The notes: generated from the letters alone by a model not told the origin. Shown: positions 45,775 to 56,134, counted from the first letter of the stretch. The stretch is DNA of 56,849 nucleotides from a virus (IMGVR_UViG_3300032323_001633:1-56849), one strand, 5' to 3'. Program-made: numbers and translations.

Positions 45775-48366
45775 ATGGCCTATGTAATTAATAAGTTTAG
45801 TGGCGAAGAACTAATAGTGCTCGATGACGGCACGTTAGATACCACTACCAGTCTCGGCTTGGTAGGTAGAAACTATGTGGGCTATGGCGAAACACAGAAT
45901 GAAAATTTTCTGTTTCTCTTAGAAAATTTTGCCAACACAGCTCCGCCTTCCAGACCAATCACTGGACAGATATGGTTCAACACCACAGATGACACTGCTT
46001 ATGCCTATGACGGCGCCCAGTGGAATCCTATAGGATCGGCAGCAGTCAGTGCCACAACTCCGACTAACAGTAATGCAGGTGCATTATGGTTAAAAACACC
46101 GGTTAACCAGCTATTTGTTTATACTGGCACAGAATGGAGATTTATAGGTCCTGAAGCTGTAGAAGGGTTTGGCTCAACAAGAGCCAGGGCAGGATCGTTG
46201 GATAATACCGCAGGCGATCCGAGACCTGTGATCTTTTTAGAAACCAACGGCACACCATTTGCTATCTGTACTGCTTCGGCATTTATTATTAATCCTAATA
46301 ATTCGGTTATTGGATTTAGCAATGTTCTACAGGCAGGAATAAATTTATCTGAGACTGCTAAAATCAACGGCAGTATCACTGGCAACGCAGCCACAGCAGA
46401 TCAATTGGCCACAGCAAGATTAATTAATGGTGTGCCATTTAATGCTTCGTCGAATATAACGGTCACCGCCAACACTACTAATACGTTGAAAAAAGGCACC
46501 TACATTGTAGGAGCTGATTTTGATGGTAGTGCAGAACGCACATGGAGTGTCGACGCTTCTTCTGCAAATTTAATAGGCAAAGTAGTAGCACGAAATTCAG
46601 AAGGAGGATTTTCAGCTGGTACTATCAGCGCATCCTTTGTAGGTGATCTCACAGGAAATGTCACTGCCGGCAGCGGAGTAAGTGCATTCAACATCGTTCA
46701 GGCTAATCAGTTTGTTGGCGCACAGCTTACCGGCAATGCCGCCACAGCTACAAGATTAGCCACAACAAGAACTATAAATGGTGTGAATTTCGACGGCAGC
46801 AACAATATTACTGTTCCTGCCAGCGCAGAAACACTGACAGGAAATTCCATTAATAACTCTGTGACATTGAGCGGTTTGACACAGGTGGGAACATTGAGTT
46901 CTTTAAATGTCAGCGACAGCGGTATATTTCTAGGCAGCGGAACGCAACTTAGAGTATTTGTAGACTCTAGTGTTCCGACAATTAGATCAACTACTGGTCG
47001 ATTGAATTTTGATATGGGCGGCAGCGGACCGGATATCAATTTTGTGGATTCTGCAACTTCATTGAGTCTTGGTGGACCTAATGCTCCGGCAGTGATAGGC
47101 GATAACAACACTAATCTTGGTATTACTGGATATAAATTCAACGGTATTTATGCTAATAATTTATTTGGAAATGCCGCCACAGCCACTTTATCTACTAATG
47201 CTACTAATCTTGTTGGTGGCGGGCTGGGTGCTATTCCAGTTCAACAATCTGTAGGGGTCACAGGCTTTTTAGGATTAGGTGCAGATAATTCAGTATTGAG
47301 AGCAAGAACAGGTGGCCCGGCGTGGGAACCATTGATCTTAGAGCAGCTAAACAAAGGCAGCTTTATCAATATGCTCAATTCCACTACCAGCGGTAGTGTG
47401 AATTTCTTTAATTCTTCAGTGCCAGTAACAATATCTGTAGATGCCACCTCCACCAACACAGCCAGTAAAGTAGTAGCACGTGATGCCAGCGGTAATTTCT
47501 CAGCAGGCACCGTGTCAGCAAATTTAAGTTTACCTGCCAGTGGTTTAATAAGTTGGCCAAATGACCAATATGGCGGTAGTGGTGATATTGCAAGAATTGA
47601 AACCTACTCCGGTGGTGGCGAAGCTCTACGGTTGCGGTTGTATGTAAACAATGATGCAGATGACATCATTGAGTTAGATGCTGCTGGCGGAGTTTTAGTA
47701 ACCAGAGGTAATATCACAGCTGCTACAGCACCAACATCAGGCAGTCATATAGCCAATAAAACCTATGTTGATCAAGCAATAGCAAATGCAAGCTACTATG
47801 ATATATTTTCTAATGGAGTTCAAAGCCCAGGACCGCAATCCTTCCCGCAACGAACCATACGAGGTTTTTCAGCATATTCCAGCACTGATTTTCCCGGAGC
47901 ATATTTTGGTGGTATCACAATAAACGGACCTAGTGGTGTGTATTCGGGACAGATTGCTTTCAATTGGAATTCTGAAGAAACTGCTCCTACAGGATTATAT
48001 TTCAGAGTCAACGATGATACCAGTAACACGGCTGCGTGGAGTCCTTGGAAACAAGTAGCTACCACTGATAGTGATTTAGTTTTTGTCTCAGGTGCCGCTT
48101 ATAGTCAGGCAGGGTTTACTAATCAAGTTGGGTCGTTTAATGATGGTGCTAACTATTTTGATGTATTTCCTCCCTTCGGAAAATCAATGGCAAATTTGAG
48201 AGCTTTTATTCCGTCAATTCATGTGATACACTTTGCAGGCGGAGTAAACGGAGACGATAGCCTTAGATGCACCTATACATATTTTGGTGACAGAATAAGG
48301 GTATATGTGCAAAACACAGAACAGCGATCTACGCCAGCAGCAAACTATTTGGCCATTTGGAGATAA
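45775..48366 (+). CDS. Long tail fibre paralog
   Basis: Same N-terminal domain; two GNAATA..LAT.R.INGV.F..S.NIT repeats; VVARD.SG.FSAG repeats; ANKTYVD; a chaperone gene follows. Confidence 0.8.
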   Translation: MAYVINKFSGEELIVLDDGTLDTTTSLGLVGRNYVGYGETQNENFLFLLENFANTAPPSRPITGQIWFNTTDDTAYAYDGAQWNPIGSAAVSATTPTNSNAGALWLKTPVNQLFVYTGTEWRFIGPEAVEGFGSTRARAGSLDNTAGDPRPVIFLETNGTPFAICTASAFIINPNNSVIGFSNVLQAGINLSETAKINGSITGNAATADQLATARLINGVPFNASSNITVTANTTNTLKKGTYIVGADFDGSAERTWSVDASSANLIGKVVARNSEGGFSAGTISASFVGDLTGNVTAGSGVSAFNIVQANQFVGAQLTGNAATATRLATTRTINGVNFDGSNNITVPASAETLTGNSINNSVTLSGLTQVGTLSSLNVSDSGIFLGSGTQLRVFVDSSVPTIRSTTGRLNFDMGGSGPDINFVDSATSLSLGGPNAPAVIGDNNTNLGITGYKFNGIYANNLFGNAATATLSTNATNLVGGGLGAIPVQQSVGVTGFLGLGADNSVLRARTGGPAWEPLILEQLNKGSFINMLNSTTSGSVNFFNSSVPVTISVDATSTNTASKVVARDASGNFSAGTVSANLSLPASGLISWPNDQYGGSGDIARIETYSGGGEALRLRLYVNNDADDIIELDAAGGVLVTRGNITAATAPTSGSHIANKTYVDQAIANASYYDIFSNGVQSPGPQSFPQRTIRGFSAYSSTDFPGAYFGGITINGPSGVYSGQIAFNWNSEETAPTGLYFRVNDDTSNTAAWSPWKQVATTDSDLVFVSGAAYSQAGFTNQVGSFNDGANYFDVFPPFGKSMANLRAFIPSIHVIHFAGGVNGDDSLRCTYTYFGDRIRVYVQNTEQRSTPAANYLAIWR

Positions 48367-48368
48367 TA

Positions 48369-48725
48369 ATGTATTACGTGTGTATCGAAAATAATAATGT
48401 AATAAGTGTATTAAATTACAGGCCGAACGTTCCTTCTTCTGTAACGATAACTGAAATCACAGATGCCCAGTATGGTCAAATAGAGGCTACCACTCATAAA
48501 TTTGACGTAGGGACAAAAACTGTAATAGCAAATCCAGATTATAGTCAGGCGGCAAAAGAACAACAACAGAAAAATGCTGTAGAAAGAGAATTTTTAAACA
48601 GTACAGATTGGAAGATTTTACGGCATATCAGGCAGAAAGCACTGAATATCGCCACAAGTCTATCAGATGCAGAGTATACGCAACTTGAGCAGCAGCGTGA
48701 AACCGCAGCAGCTCGTATAGTATAA
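48369..48725 (+). CDS. Tail fibre assembly chaperone
   Basis: EREFLNSTDW motif with a C-terminal ...R..AR; directly downstream of a fibre gene; start moved to ATG 48369. Confidence 0.7.
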   Translation: MYYVCIENNNVISVLNYRPNVPSSVTITEITDAQYGQIEATTHKFDVGTKTVIANPDYSQAAKEQQQKNAVEREFLNSTDWKILRHIRQKALNIATSLSDAEYTQLEQQRETAAARIV

Positions 48726-48729
48726 CAGC

Positions 48730-48737
48730 AATAAATA
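48730..48737 (+). promoter_or_regulatory. Late-type promoter AATAAATA
   Basis: Intergenic, upstream of SD AGGGG and ATG 48760. Confidence 0.55.
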
Positions 48738-48759
48738 CAAGATATTAGGGGCTAACAGC

Positions 48760-50562
48760 ATGGCATATGAAGTCAATAAATTTAACGGTGTGTTTTTAAC
48801 GTCTGTAGCTGACGGCACTATCGACACCACTACTGATCTAAGATTAGTTGGTAAAAATTACGCAGGCTACGGAGAAGTGCAGAATGAAAATTTTGTACAT
48901 TTATTAGAAAATTTCGCTAATACTACAGCTCCACCAAAATCCGTTACCGGACAAATTTGGTTTGATACAGCTGCCAAAAAACTGAAATTCTATGATGGTG
49001 CCAGATTCAAAGTTGCAGGCGGTGCTGAAGCCAGCGCCACTGCTCCTAGTGGGTTAGTGGTAGGTGACTTCTGGTGGGACACAGGAGCCAAACAACTATA
49101 CACCTACACCGGCACAGAATTTACCCTTATCGGTCCGATCGCAAGTCCAGACTTAGGTACTTCAATAATAAGCCCTTCGGTGGTCTACGGTACTATCAGC
49201 ACCGCAGAAGGACCGCATACCATATTAAAAGTTATATCAGACAACAAAACCATTGCGGTGGTCAGCAAGACTGCATTCACTTTAGACAACAGCAAAAATG
49301 CCATTGATGATTTCACGGTAATTAAGAAAGGTATTACACTGGCTAAATCACAGACAGGTGTATCCACTGACGATTTTACCTTTTGGGGAACAGCATCAAA
49401 TGCTGCTAAGTTGGGAGGATTCACTGCTGACCAATATATTAAAACAGGCGAAAGCGCATTTAATTCAGAAGTTAGCTTTAAGGATCCCGGATTTCAAGTT
49501 GGCGACGGTAACGATCTTAGAATCCGTGTAGAAGGCGGCAATGATGTTATTGTTGAAAACCGTCTCGGTAACGATATTACTTTTAGAATCACAGTCGCTG
49601 AAACCACAGACGAAAGAGATATTGCGATTATAAGACCCACTGGCGTAGTTCCTGGAGTTGGAAATGCATATACTTTGGGATCATCTGCGTTGGCGTGGAG
49701 CGATGTGTATGCTACTACATTTAGAGGTGCATTAGTAGGCGCTGTCACAGGTAATACCACAGGCAGTCATAAAGGTAATGTATTAGCCGACGACAACAAC
49801 GTTATGATCAATGCAGCTACTAAGCAGATAGGATTTGCTGGAGCAAATATTGTAGGGACATTAACTGGATCAATTACAGGTTCAGCTACCACTGCGGCAG
49901 ATGCAGGTACTCTTAACGGATTAGCAGGCAGCGCCACAGTTCCGGGTACATCGGTGGCCACTGTAGCAGTGCGAAACAGCAGCGGCAACTTATTAGCAAA
50001 TCAATTTGTAGGCATAGCTGACAAAGTAGATAGAACATTTCTTGATCGCACAGACGCTAGAGCAGATCCTACATGGTTTGATGGCACCGCCAGCACTCAC
50101 TATAGAACTGCTAGACTCACAGCCACTGCTTACAGTATAGTAGGCAGAGATGTTAGTGGTAATATTACTGCTAACATTTTTAACGGTACAGCTACCGCAG
50201 CTCGATATGCTGACTTAGCAGAGAAATACTTGGCCGATGCAGAATATGAAGCAGGCACAGTGGTTATGATTGGCGGCGAAAAAGAAGTTACAGCATGTGC
50301 ATGGGGTAAACGTGCAATCGGTGTAGTAAGTACAAATCCAGCATTTATGATGAACAAGGATTTAGCAGGCGGAACATATATTGCTCTAAAAGGGCGTGTG
50401 CCAGTTAAAGTGATTGGTCGGGTGAAAAAAGGTGATGATCTAATTGCAACTGACGGCGGTTGTGCAATGATCGCAGTCCCTCACTCCAGCGGTGTGTTTG
50501 CAGTGGCTTTAGAAAGCAACGACAACGAAGGCACCAAGATCATTGAGGCATTGGTACTGTAA
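48760..50562 (+). CDS. Tail fibre paralog with a C-terminal intramolecular-chaperone-like (peptidase G2-like) domain
   Basis: Shared N-terminal domain; ADLAEKY...GTVV...GVVSTNPA...IALKGRVPVKV.G.V.KGD.L. Confidence 0.75.
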   Translation: MAYEVNKFNGVFLTSVADGTIDTTTDLRLVGKNYAGYGEVQNENFVHLLENFANTTAPPKSVTGQIWFDTAAKKLKFYDGARFKVAGGAEASATAPSGLVVGDFWWDTGAKQLYTYTGTEFTLIGPIASPDLGTSIISPSVVYGTISTAEGPHTILKVISDNKTIAVVSKTAFTLDNSKNAIDDFTVIKKGITLAKSQTGVSTDDFTFWGTASNAAKLGGFTADQYIKTGESAFNSEVSFKDPGFQVGDGNDLRIRVEGGNDVIVENRLGNDITFRITVAETTDERDIAIIRPTGVVPGVGNAYTLGSSALAWSDVYATTFRGALVGAVTGNTTGSHKGNVLADDNNVMINAATKQIGFAGANIVGTLTGSITGSATTAADAGTLNGLAGSATVPGTSVATVAVRNSSGNLLANQFVGIADKVDRTFLDRTDARADPTWFDGTASTHYRTARLTATAYSIVGRDVSGNITANIFNGTATAARYADLAEKYLADAEYEAGTVVMIGGEKEVTACAWGKRAIGVVSTNPAFMMNKDLAGGTYIALKGRVPVKVIGRVKKGDDLIATDGGCAMIAVPHSSGVFAVALESNDNEGTKIIEALVL

Positions 50563-51497
50563 TGACTTCGGGTACAAATATACTGGCATCCCAGTTTGTC
50601 ACCATACAAGACAAAGCCCAATCTATATTAGGCGCAGGATCTGGCACCAGAGGCTACGGTCAAACTGTACAATCTGCTGATGTGTTTATCGGCAATACTG
50701 TAACCAAAGCACAATGGGATGCTCTACGATATGATATTATCAACATTCGATTACATCAAGATGGAGTTGTGCCACTAATCGCTACAGTAAATGTAGGTGA
50801 TCCTATTGGGTATGGGGTGAGTTCTCCTAATACCAACTATGACATTCTGATGGAACAGGCAATAGCAAATAGATTTAATATCGCTGGAAATCAATCAGTG
50901 GTTGCTGCCAAAGGTAATGTTACCTACACCAGCGCATGGAGCACACAAGCTCAGACGGTAGTGACAGTGACATTTTTAACTGCTGCTGATGCAAGATACT
51001 TTTTTAACAGCGGCGGAAAAATTAGAGCAGTTTCTCAACTCACAGGTGGTTCAGCTACTCCCCAAGTGAATGCTTGGAAGAATTTTTTAGCCAGTGTAGG
51101 CACAGTGTCTTTTGGAGCTGATACAGGGCCATTTGTAAATTTTTATACATTAACTAATTCCTATCAAACGTTTTATACCAACAGTCTCAGTACTCCATAT
51201 TCCGCTAACAGTTATAGATTAGAAGCCAGCTGTAATGTATCTAATAATTCTTCCGGAACAGCAACACAGGTTTTGATCAGGATCACTCTTTTAGATTCGT
51301 ATACTGATCCAGTTCCGGCGCCCGTACCTACAACTGGTTTTGTCCCATCGGCTGCAGGATTCCCGCCAGGCGATACAGTAGACGGAACTTTAACAATTTC
51401 TGTACAAGAATTAAAAGCATCAGGACAGTTACAGCCAAGTGGAACATTTACAATAACCAGCCCGACGTACTCACTTTCTGCTGTCTCTGCCAGTTAA
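50562..51497 (+). CDS. Virion structural protein (paralog A)
   Basis: T/S-rich; GYGQ, QW..LRYDI.N...H and ARYFFNSGGKIR motifs shared with the next ORF. Confidence 0.6.
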   Translation: MTSGTNILASQFVTIQDKAQSILGAGSGTRGYGQTVQSADVFIGNTVTKAQWDALRYDIINIRLHQDGVVPLIATVNVGDPIGYGVSSPNTNYDILMEQAIANRFNIAGNQSVVAAKGNVTYTSAWSTQAQTVVTVTFLTAADARYFFNSGGKIRAVSQLTGGSATPQVNAWKNFLASVGTVSFGADTGPFVNFYTLTNSYQTFYTNSLSTPYSANSYRLEASCNVSNNSSGTATQVLIRITLLDSYTDPVPAPVPTTGFVPSAAGFPPGDTVDGTLTISVQELKASGQLQPSGTFTITSPTYSLSAVSAS

Positions 51498-51513
51498 TTA
51501 AGTAAATATTCCT

Positions 51514-53421
51514 ATGCCAGCTGTCAATAGCAAGATAATCCAAGCAGATTACAACGATATCAGAAACAAGATGGTAACCATTTTAGGTAGTGGTTCCGGC
51601 AATTTCGGATGGGGCCAACAGGCACGAATCAACAGTTCTGCAGTAGCGGAAGGCAACACAGTCACTATCAACGAATGGGCTAACCTTCGATACGATGTGA
51701 TTAATGCCTACAAACATATCAACGGTTCCAATCCCACCACAGCTCAAGTAGCTGAGGGCAACACCATTAGATATACCTCAAACTTTACACCAGACACCGG
51801 CACACTGGATGTGCCACAGAAACAGTATGATGATTGGGCCAACAATATCACCACAAATAGATTCACCGTGGCAGCAGGAGAAAGTGTAGTTACTGCTGCT
51901 ATATCACAGACAAAAACTGATGCATGGAACGGCACTATAAGTTGTGTGATTGGCTTTTATTTTGGCAGCGCCAACGAAGCTCGTTGGTTTTTCAACAGCG
52001 GTGGGCAGATACGAATTAGTGCAGCCAGAACCGGTGGCACAACCAGTGCTCAAAATACAGCATGGTCGAATCTGTTAACAGCGGTAGGCACACAGATTTT
52101 TGGAGCAAACACTCCCGGCACAGGTACCACACCCGGTGACGGATTAAATTGGTATCGTTGCACCAGTACATTTCAAACATATTATACCGGCACAGCCTCT
52201 AGTCCGTATGGTGCTAACAACATACAGTTACAGGCTCGAGTCACTGACGTTGCTAACAACGCCACAGGCACAGCTGCCTACGGAGAAATTCGAGTGGTAT
52301 TCACCGACGGATATGTTGATGCAGTAGTAGGAATCCCACCTAGCAGAGCGTTTGGACCAGATAATGTACCGCCAGCTGATTTAGTAGACGGCACACTCTC
52401 AGTATCATGTAATCTACGGTATGCAACAGGAATCATGGTCCCCACTAACGCAGTGTTTACAGTGACTCAACCGACGTTAGGTATAGGGGCAATATCAGCT
52501 GATTATACACCGCCTGCAGGGTTGGCTACTTACTCGCCGTCGATATTTTTTGACAGTTTGGTGCTTGAGCTTAACACCTATCTCAGTGAGTATACATCAC
52601 CTATTTCTGGATCTGCGTATAGGTTAGATGGTCAAACCATAGCGGGCTACACAGGCGAGTTTGATCAATATGTGGCCAATGGCAGTGCTCCTGGTCTAGC
52701 TGCCCTCTTTCAAGCTCCCGGGGGCAATTGGACTATTCCAGCCAATGATTCAAACTTTTTTAATGACTATGTCAGTAGCTTTGCTGGGTCGGGTCCTACT
52801 CCTGGCCCAAGTATTCGATATCAAGTAGCCAAAACTACTACGGTATACGACGGTGATTTTTATGTGAAAACTTTCGGCTACGGTGATCAGGATATTCCAG
52901 CCGATCAGCGAAATCCGGGAGTATACGTTTTAAATGATGACCCAGCACCGGATCCAACTGAACCGGTCTACTATCCCGCAGGCAATTATCTTACCAGTCG
53001 TCCTCTAACAGCATTTGGTTATCGTCCAGGATCTAACAGAACCGTAGGTTGGGGTAAAACTGGGAGATGTGCGCCAAACAGTACGCAGACAGTGGCTGTC
53101 GGATTTATCTATGAAAATGCCACAGTCAACACATTCCAAGTGTATGCATATCGAAGATTTTATTATGCAGGCGCACAAAATGTATGCGATCTATATCTGC
53201 TGATAGGGCATCCTAGATGGAACTCAGTGTTTGGGACTGTAACATATTCAGCTACTGATTTCGGCCAACAACAATCTGCGCAATTGAAAGCGAGTGGCAG
53301 CACAAATATATTAGCTGTGACAATGCTATTAAGCAGCGGTGCTGCTGATATCCCAGTAGGACAACTTCAATCTGTAGTACAGAATCTAACCTTCCGAATG
53401 AGGCGATTCTTCTATTTTTAA
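51514..53421 (+). CDS. Virion structural protein (paralog B) with an extra ~300-aa C-terminal domain
   Basis: GWGQ, EW.NLRYDV.N...H and ARWFFNSGGQIR motifs; unique aromatic-rich C-terminus. Confidence 0.6.
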   Translation: MPAVNSKIIQADYNDIRNKMVTILGSGSGNFGWGQQARINSSAVAEGNTVTINEWANLRYDVINAYKHINGSNPTTAQVAEGNTIRYTSNFTPDTGTLDVPQKQYDDWANNITTNRFTVAAGESVVTAAISQTKTDAWNGTISCVIGFYFGSANEARWFFNSGGQIRISAARTGGTTSAQNTAWSNLLTAVGTQIFGANTPGTGTTPGDGLNWYRCTSTFQTYYTGTASSPYGANNIQLQARVTDVANNATGTAAYGEIRVVFTDGYVDAVVGIPPSRAFGPDNVPPADLVDGTLSVSCNLRYATGIMVPTNAVFTVTQPTLGIGAISADYTPPAGLATYSPSIFFDSLVLELNTYLSEYTSPISGSAYRLDGQTIAGYTGEFDQYVANGSAPGLAALFQAPGGNWTIPANDSNFFNDYVSSFAGSGPTPGPSIRYQVAKTTTVYDGDFYVKTFGYGDQDIPADQRNPGVYVLNDDPAPDPTEPVYYPAGNYLTSRPLTAFGYRPGSNRTVGWGKTGRCAPNSTQTVAVGFIYENATVNTFQVYAYRRFYYAGAQNVCDLYLLIGHPRWNSVFGTVTYSATDFGQQQSAQLKASGSTNILAVTMLLSSGAADIPVGQLQSVVQNLTFRMRRFFYF

Positions 53422-53436
53422 TTCAGCACATACCTA

Positions 53437-53471
53437 CTCCTATAAATAAACTACGCAGTTTATATTAGGAG
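53437..53471 (+). promoter_or_regulatory. Late promoter TATAAATA (53441-53448) within an SD-sequestering hairpin
   Basis: CTCCTA (53437-42) pairs with TAGGAG (53466-71); ATAAACT (53446-52) pairs with AGTTTAT (53457-63). Confidence 0.7.
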
Positions 53472-53476
53472 AATGT

Positions 53477-53827
53477 ATGCAACAGCAGCTGAAAGCAGCT
53501 TTGGATTTTGCCAATTATCAACAGACTTTTTCTATCCAGAAAAAAATCCTCAAAGAAAGATCCGAAGCCAAACTCAACTATGGCCACAGTGGTGGTATAT
53601 TTCGCATTGACAGAGATCTGTTAACCTTTGTAGAAATGCTGTGCGCCAAAGGCAGACTCACAGACATAGTACTGCTCGACGTTAACCAAAATCCCGTGTT
53701 GATCAGTGATGTACAGACATTCTGTGATGAAATATTCAGCAGATATTTTGAAGTCACTAATGAATATTTCGCTCAATATCAGCAGATCAAAAAAAGCAGA
53801 TCTGTGGAAAAATTAATACAGTCATGA
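53477..53827 (+). CDS. Hypothetical protein heading the glycosyltransferase operon
   Basis: 116-aa ORF with SD AGGAG; ATGA overlap with the next gene. Confidence 0.75.
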   Translation: MQQQLKAALDFANYQQTFSIQKKILKERSEAKLNYGHSGGIFRIDRDLLTFVEMLCAKGRLTDIVLLDVNQNPVLISDVQTFCDEIFSRYFEVTNEYFAQYQQIKKSRSVEKLIQS

Positions 53828-54684
53828 CCAAAGGCATTTTGATCTATGCGTATAACAATCGCACAGTGGATTATGCTTTGCTCAGCATAATCAGCGGCGG
53901 CCTAGCCAAAAAACATCTTGAGGTGCCAGTGAGTTTGATCACTGATGCTACTACTATTGATTGGATGAAACAGAGTCTAGTTTTTGATTTAGCCAACACT
54001 GTATTTGACCAGATCATATTGACTGAAAAACCACAAACTGGAAATCAACGATTTCTCAGAGATGGCATTGACGGACAGATGGTTCCGTTTACCAACACCA
54101 ATAGACATTCAGCTTGGGAGCTGACTCCATATGAACGAACACTGTTGATCGACAGTGATTATTTCATACTATCTGATAACCTCAACAGCTATTGGGATGT
54201 TGATCAAGACATCATGATAGGGGAATCTATCAACGATATTTACAGTCAACACAGATTAGGATATCTCGATGTCAACATTTCCGAAACCGGAGTAAAACTA
54301 TATTGGGCCACCACAGTGATGTTCACTAAAAATCCTGCGTCTAAACTGTTTTTTGACACAGTGGAGTATGTCAAACAAAATTATCTATATTATGCTGACG
54401 TGTTTAGATTCGATCACAGACAGTTTAGAAACGACATTGCCTTTAGTGTTGCTAAACATCTGTTAGATGGGTTTGAAGAATCTGCATTAGGCAGACTGCC
54501 AGCGGTATTATCAGCGTTAGACAAAGACATTTTATACGAAGTTGATGGATCTACATTGAAATTTTTAGTTGACTACAAATTAGACAATACATATTGTGCT
54601 GCTGCTGTTCGCGGATTAGATATTCATATCATGAATAAACAAAGTATTGTGAGACACAAACAGCAGTTATTGGAGATGATATGA
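53824..54684 (+). CDS. GT-A fold glycosyltransferase (GT8-like)
   Basis: TPYERTLLIDSDY (DxD), WATTVMF.K and FRND motifs. Confidence 0.7.
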   Translation: MTKGILIYAYNNRTVDYALLSIISGGLAKKHLEVPVSLITDATTIDWMKQSLVFDLANTVFDQIILTEKPQTGNQRFLRDGIDGQMVPFTNTNRHSAWELTPYERTLLIDSDYFILSDNLNSYWDVDQDIMIGESINDIYSQHRLGYLDVNISETGVKLYWATTVMFTKNPASKLFFDTVEYVKQNYLYYADVFRFDHRQFRNDIAFSVAKHLLDGFEESALGRLPAVLSALDKDILYEVDGSTLKFLVDYKLDNTYCAAAVRGLDIHIMNKQSIVRHKQQLLEMI

Positions 54685-55520
54685 ATTTTGGATATCTCCT
54701 AATAGTTGCAGAACATGACACAGTTGATTATCTCAGCATGGCCTATGCCCTTGCACTCAGTATCAAGAACACTCAAAAGCCAGGCTACGACAAAGTAGCA
54801 TTGGTAATAGATGATCAATCGAAATTACAAAAACTTAAAAGCCCGTGGGTGTTTGATCATGTTATAGAATGGAACCAAGAAACATTTTGGGACGGACGTA
54901 GCTGGATGGATCAGCTGACCCCGTTTGACCACACTGTATGTTTGGATGCTGACATGTTATTCATGCGAGATTATAGTCATTGGATTGATTATCATATTGA
55001 AAACTCCCAGCTGTATATTGCCAACAAGGTTCATACATATAGAGCACAGATAGTCACCGATAGAACTTACCGCAAATGCTTTGATAAAAATCATCTGCCT
55101 GATGTATATTCTATGTGGACATTTTTCGCTAAAGATTCTCAAATGGTTCGAGAGTTTTTTGACCTGGGCAGACACATTATTAAAAATCCTGTGGAGTTTG
55201 CCAATGTGTTTTTGTCAGAATACAAACCCAAGGTTGTAGGCACAGACGAAGCGTTTGCTCTAGCAGCAAAAATCCTGGACATATCGGATCAAATAGCATA
55301 TCCATTAGAGTTTCCTAGGATTGTTCACATGAAACCCATGATACAGAACTGGCCTTGGCCTGCAGACACTTGGAGCAATCATGTGGGATTTTATCTTGAC
55401 AAAAAAGCACAATTAAAAATTGGCAATTACCAACAGCATGACATTGTACATTACGTAGAAAAAGATAAAATCACCGATGAAGTCATTAACATCTTAGAGG
55501 AAATAGCATGGAAACTATAG
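54681..55520 (+). CDS. GT-A fold glycosyltransferase (GT8-like)
   Basis: Y...A..LALSIK, TPFDHTVCLDADM (DxD), TD.AFA and VHY motifs. Confidence 0.72.
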   Translation: MNFGYLLIVAEHDTVDYLSMAYALALSIKNTQKPGYDKVALVIDDQSKLQKLKSPWVFDHVIEWNQETFWDGRSWMDQLTPFDHTVCLDADMLFMRDYSHWIDYHIENSQLYIANKVHTYRAQIVTDRTYRKCFDKNHLPDVYSMWTFFAKDSQMVREFFDLGRHIIKNPVEFANVFLSEYKPKVVGTDEAFALAAKILDISDQIAYPLEFPRIVHMKPMIQNWPWPADTWSNHVGFYLDKKAQLKIGNYQQHDIVHYVEKDKITDEVINILEEIAWKL

Positions 55521-56134
55521 AAACCATAGAAGATTTTGAAAAATGGATAGCGGAGTATAAGCCCGCACCTACGGTTTACGCCGCAGTGTTTGACCCCACT
55601 ACTGGCAAGGTTATTAGCATTGGTCCCGATTATGCTTTTCCCAACGAAATCAATAAGGTCGTTGTAGATAGTCATTTAGCTGAATCTATAATCAATGCGG
55701 AGATACAGATAGAAAACTGCATGATAGACATCAGCTCAGGAAATTTAGAAATTGCAGAATTGAAAACTTTAATCAAGCTCGATGATGTACTGCATAGAAT
55801 TATTTCAACAGAATATTCCGCAGTCACAAAACCGGATGTATACTTAACATACACTAAACGAACTAAAACATTAAAAATACAATTGTCACAGGAATTCGGC
55901 GGAACAAAAAAATCAAAGACTGAAGGCCAACGAAGAAACTTTGTCTGGGATGGCAGCACTGAAATGAATTTTTTAATCACCGCATATAACGATCCTAACA
56001 TATTGTATCAGAATCATGTTATCACGATCAATGATCTTATCGGTAAGACTGTGACGGTGAAAAATATTGACTTTGACCAGTTCAGTGTATATACAAGACG
56101 ATTGTTTAAAAATTACGTGATAGAATATAAATGA
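55508..56134 (+). CDS. Hypothetical protein
   Basis: 208-aa ORF overlapping both neighbours in the operon. Confidence 0.7.
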   Translation: METIETIEDFEKWIAEYKPAPTVYAAVFDPTTGKVISIGPDYAFPNEINKVVVDSHLAESIINAEIQIENCMIDISSGNLEIAELKTLIKLDDVLHRIISTEYSAVTKPDVYLTYTKRTKTLKIQLSQEFGGTKKSKTEGQRRNFVWDGSTEMNFLITAYNDPNILYQNHVITINDLIGKTVTVKNIDFDQFSVYTRRLFKNYVIEYK

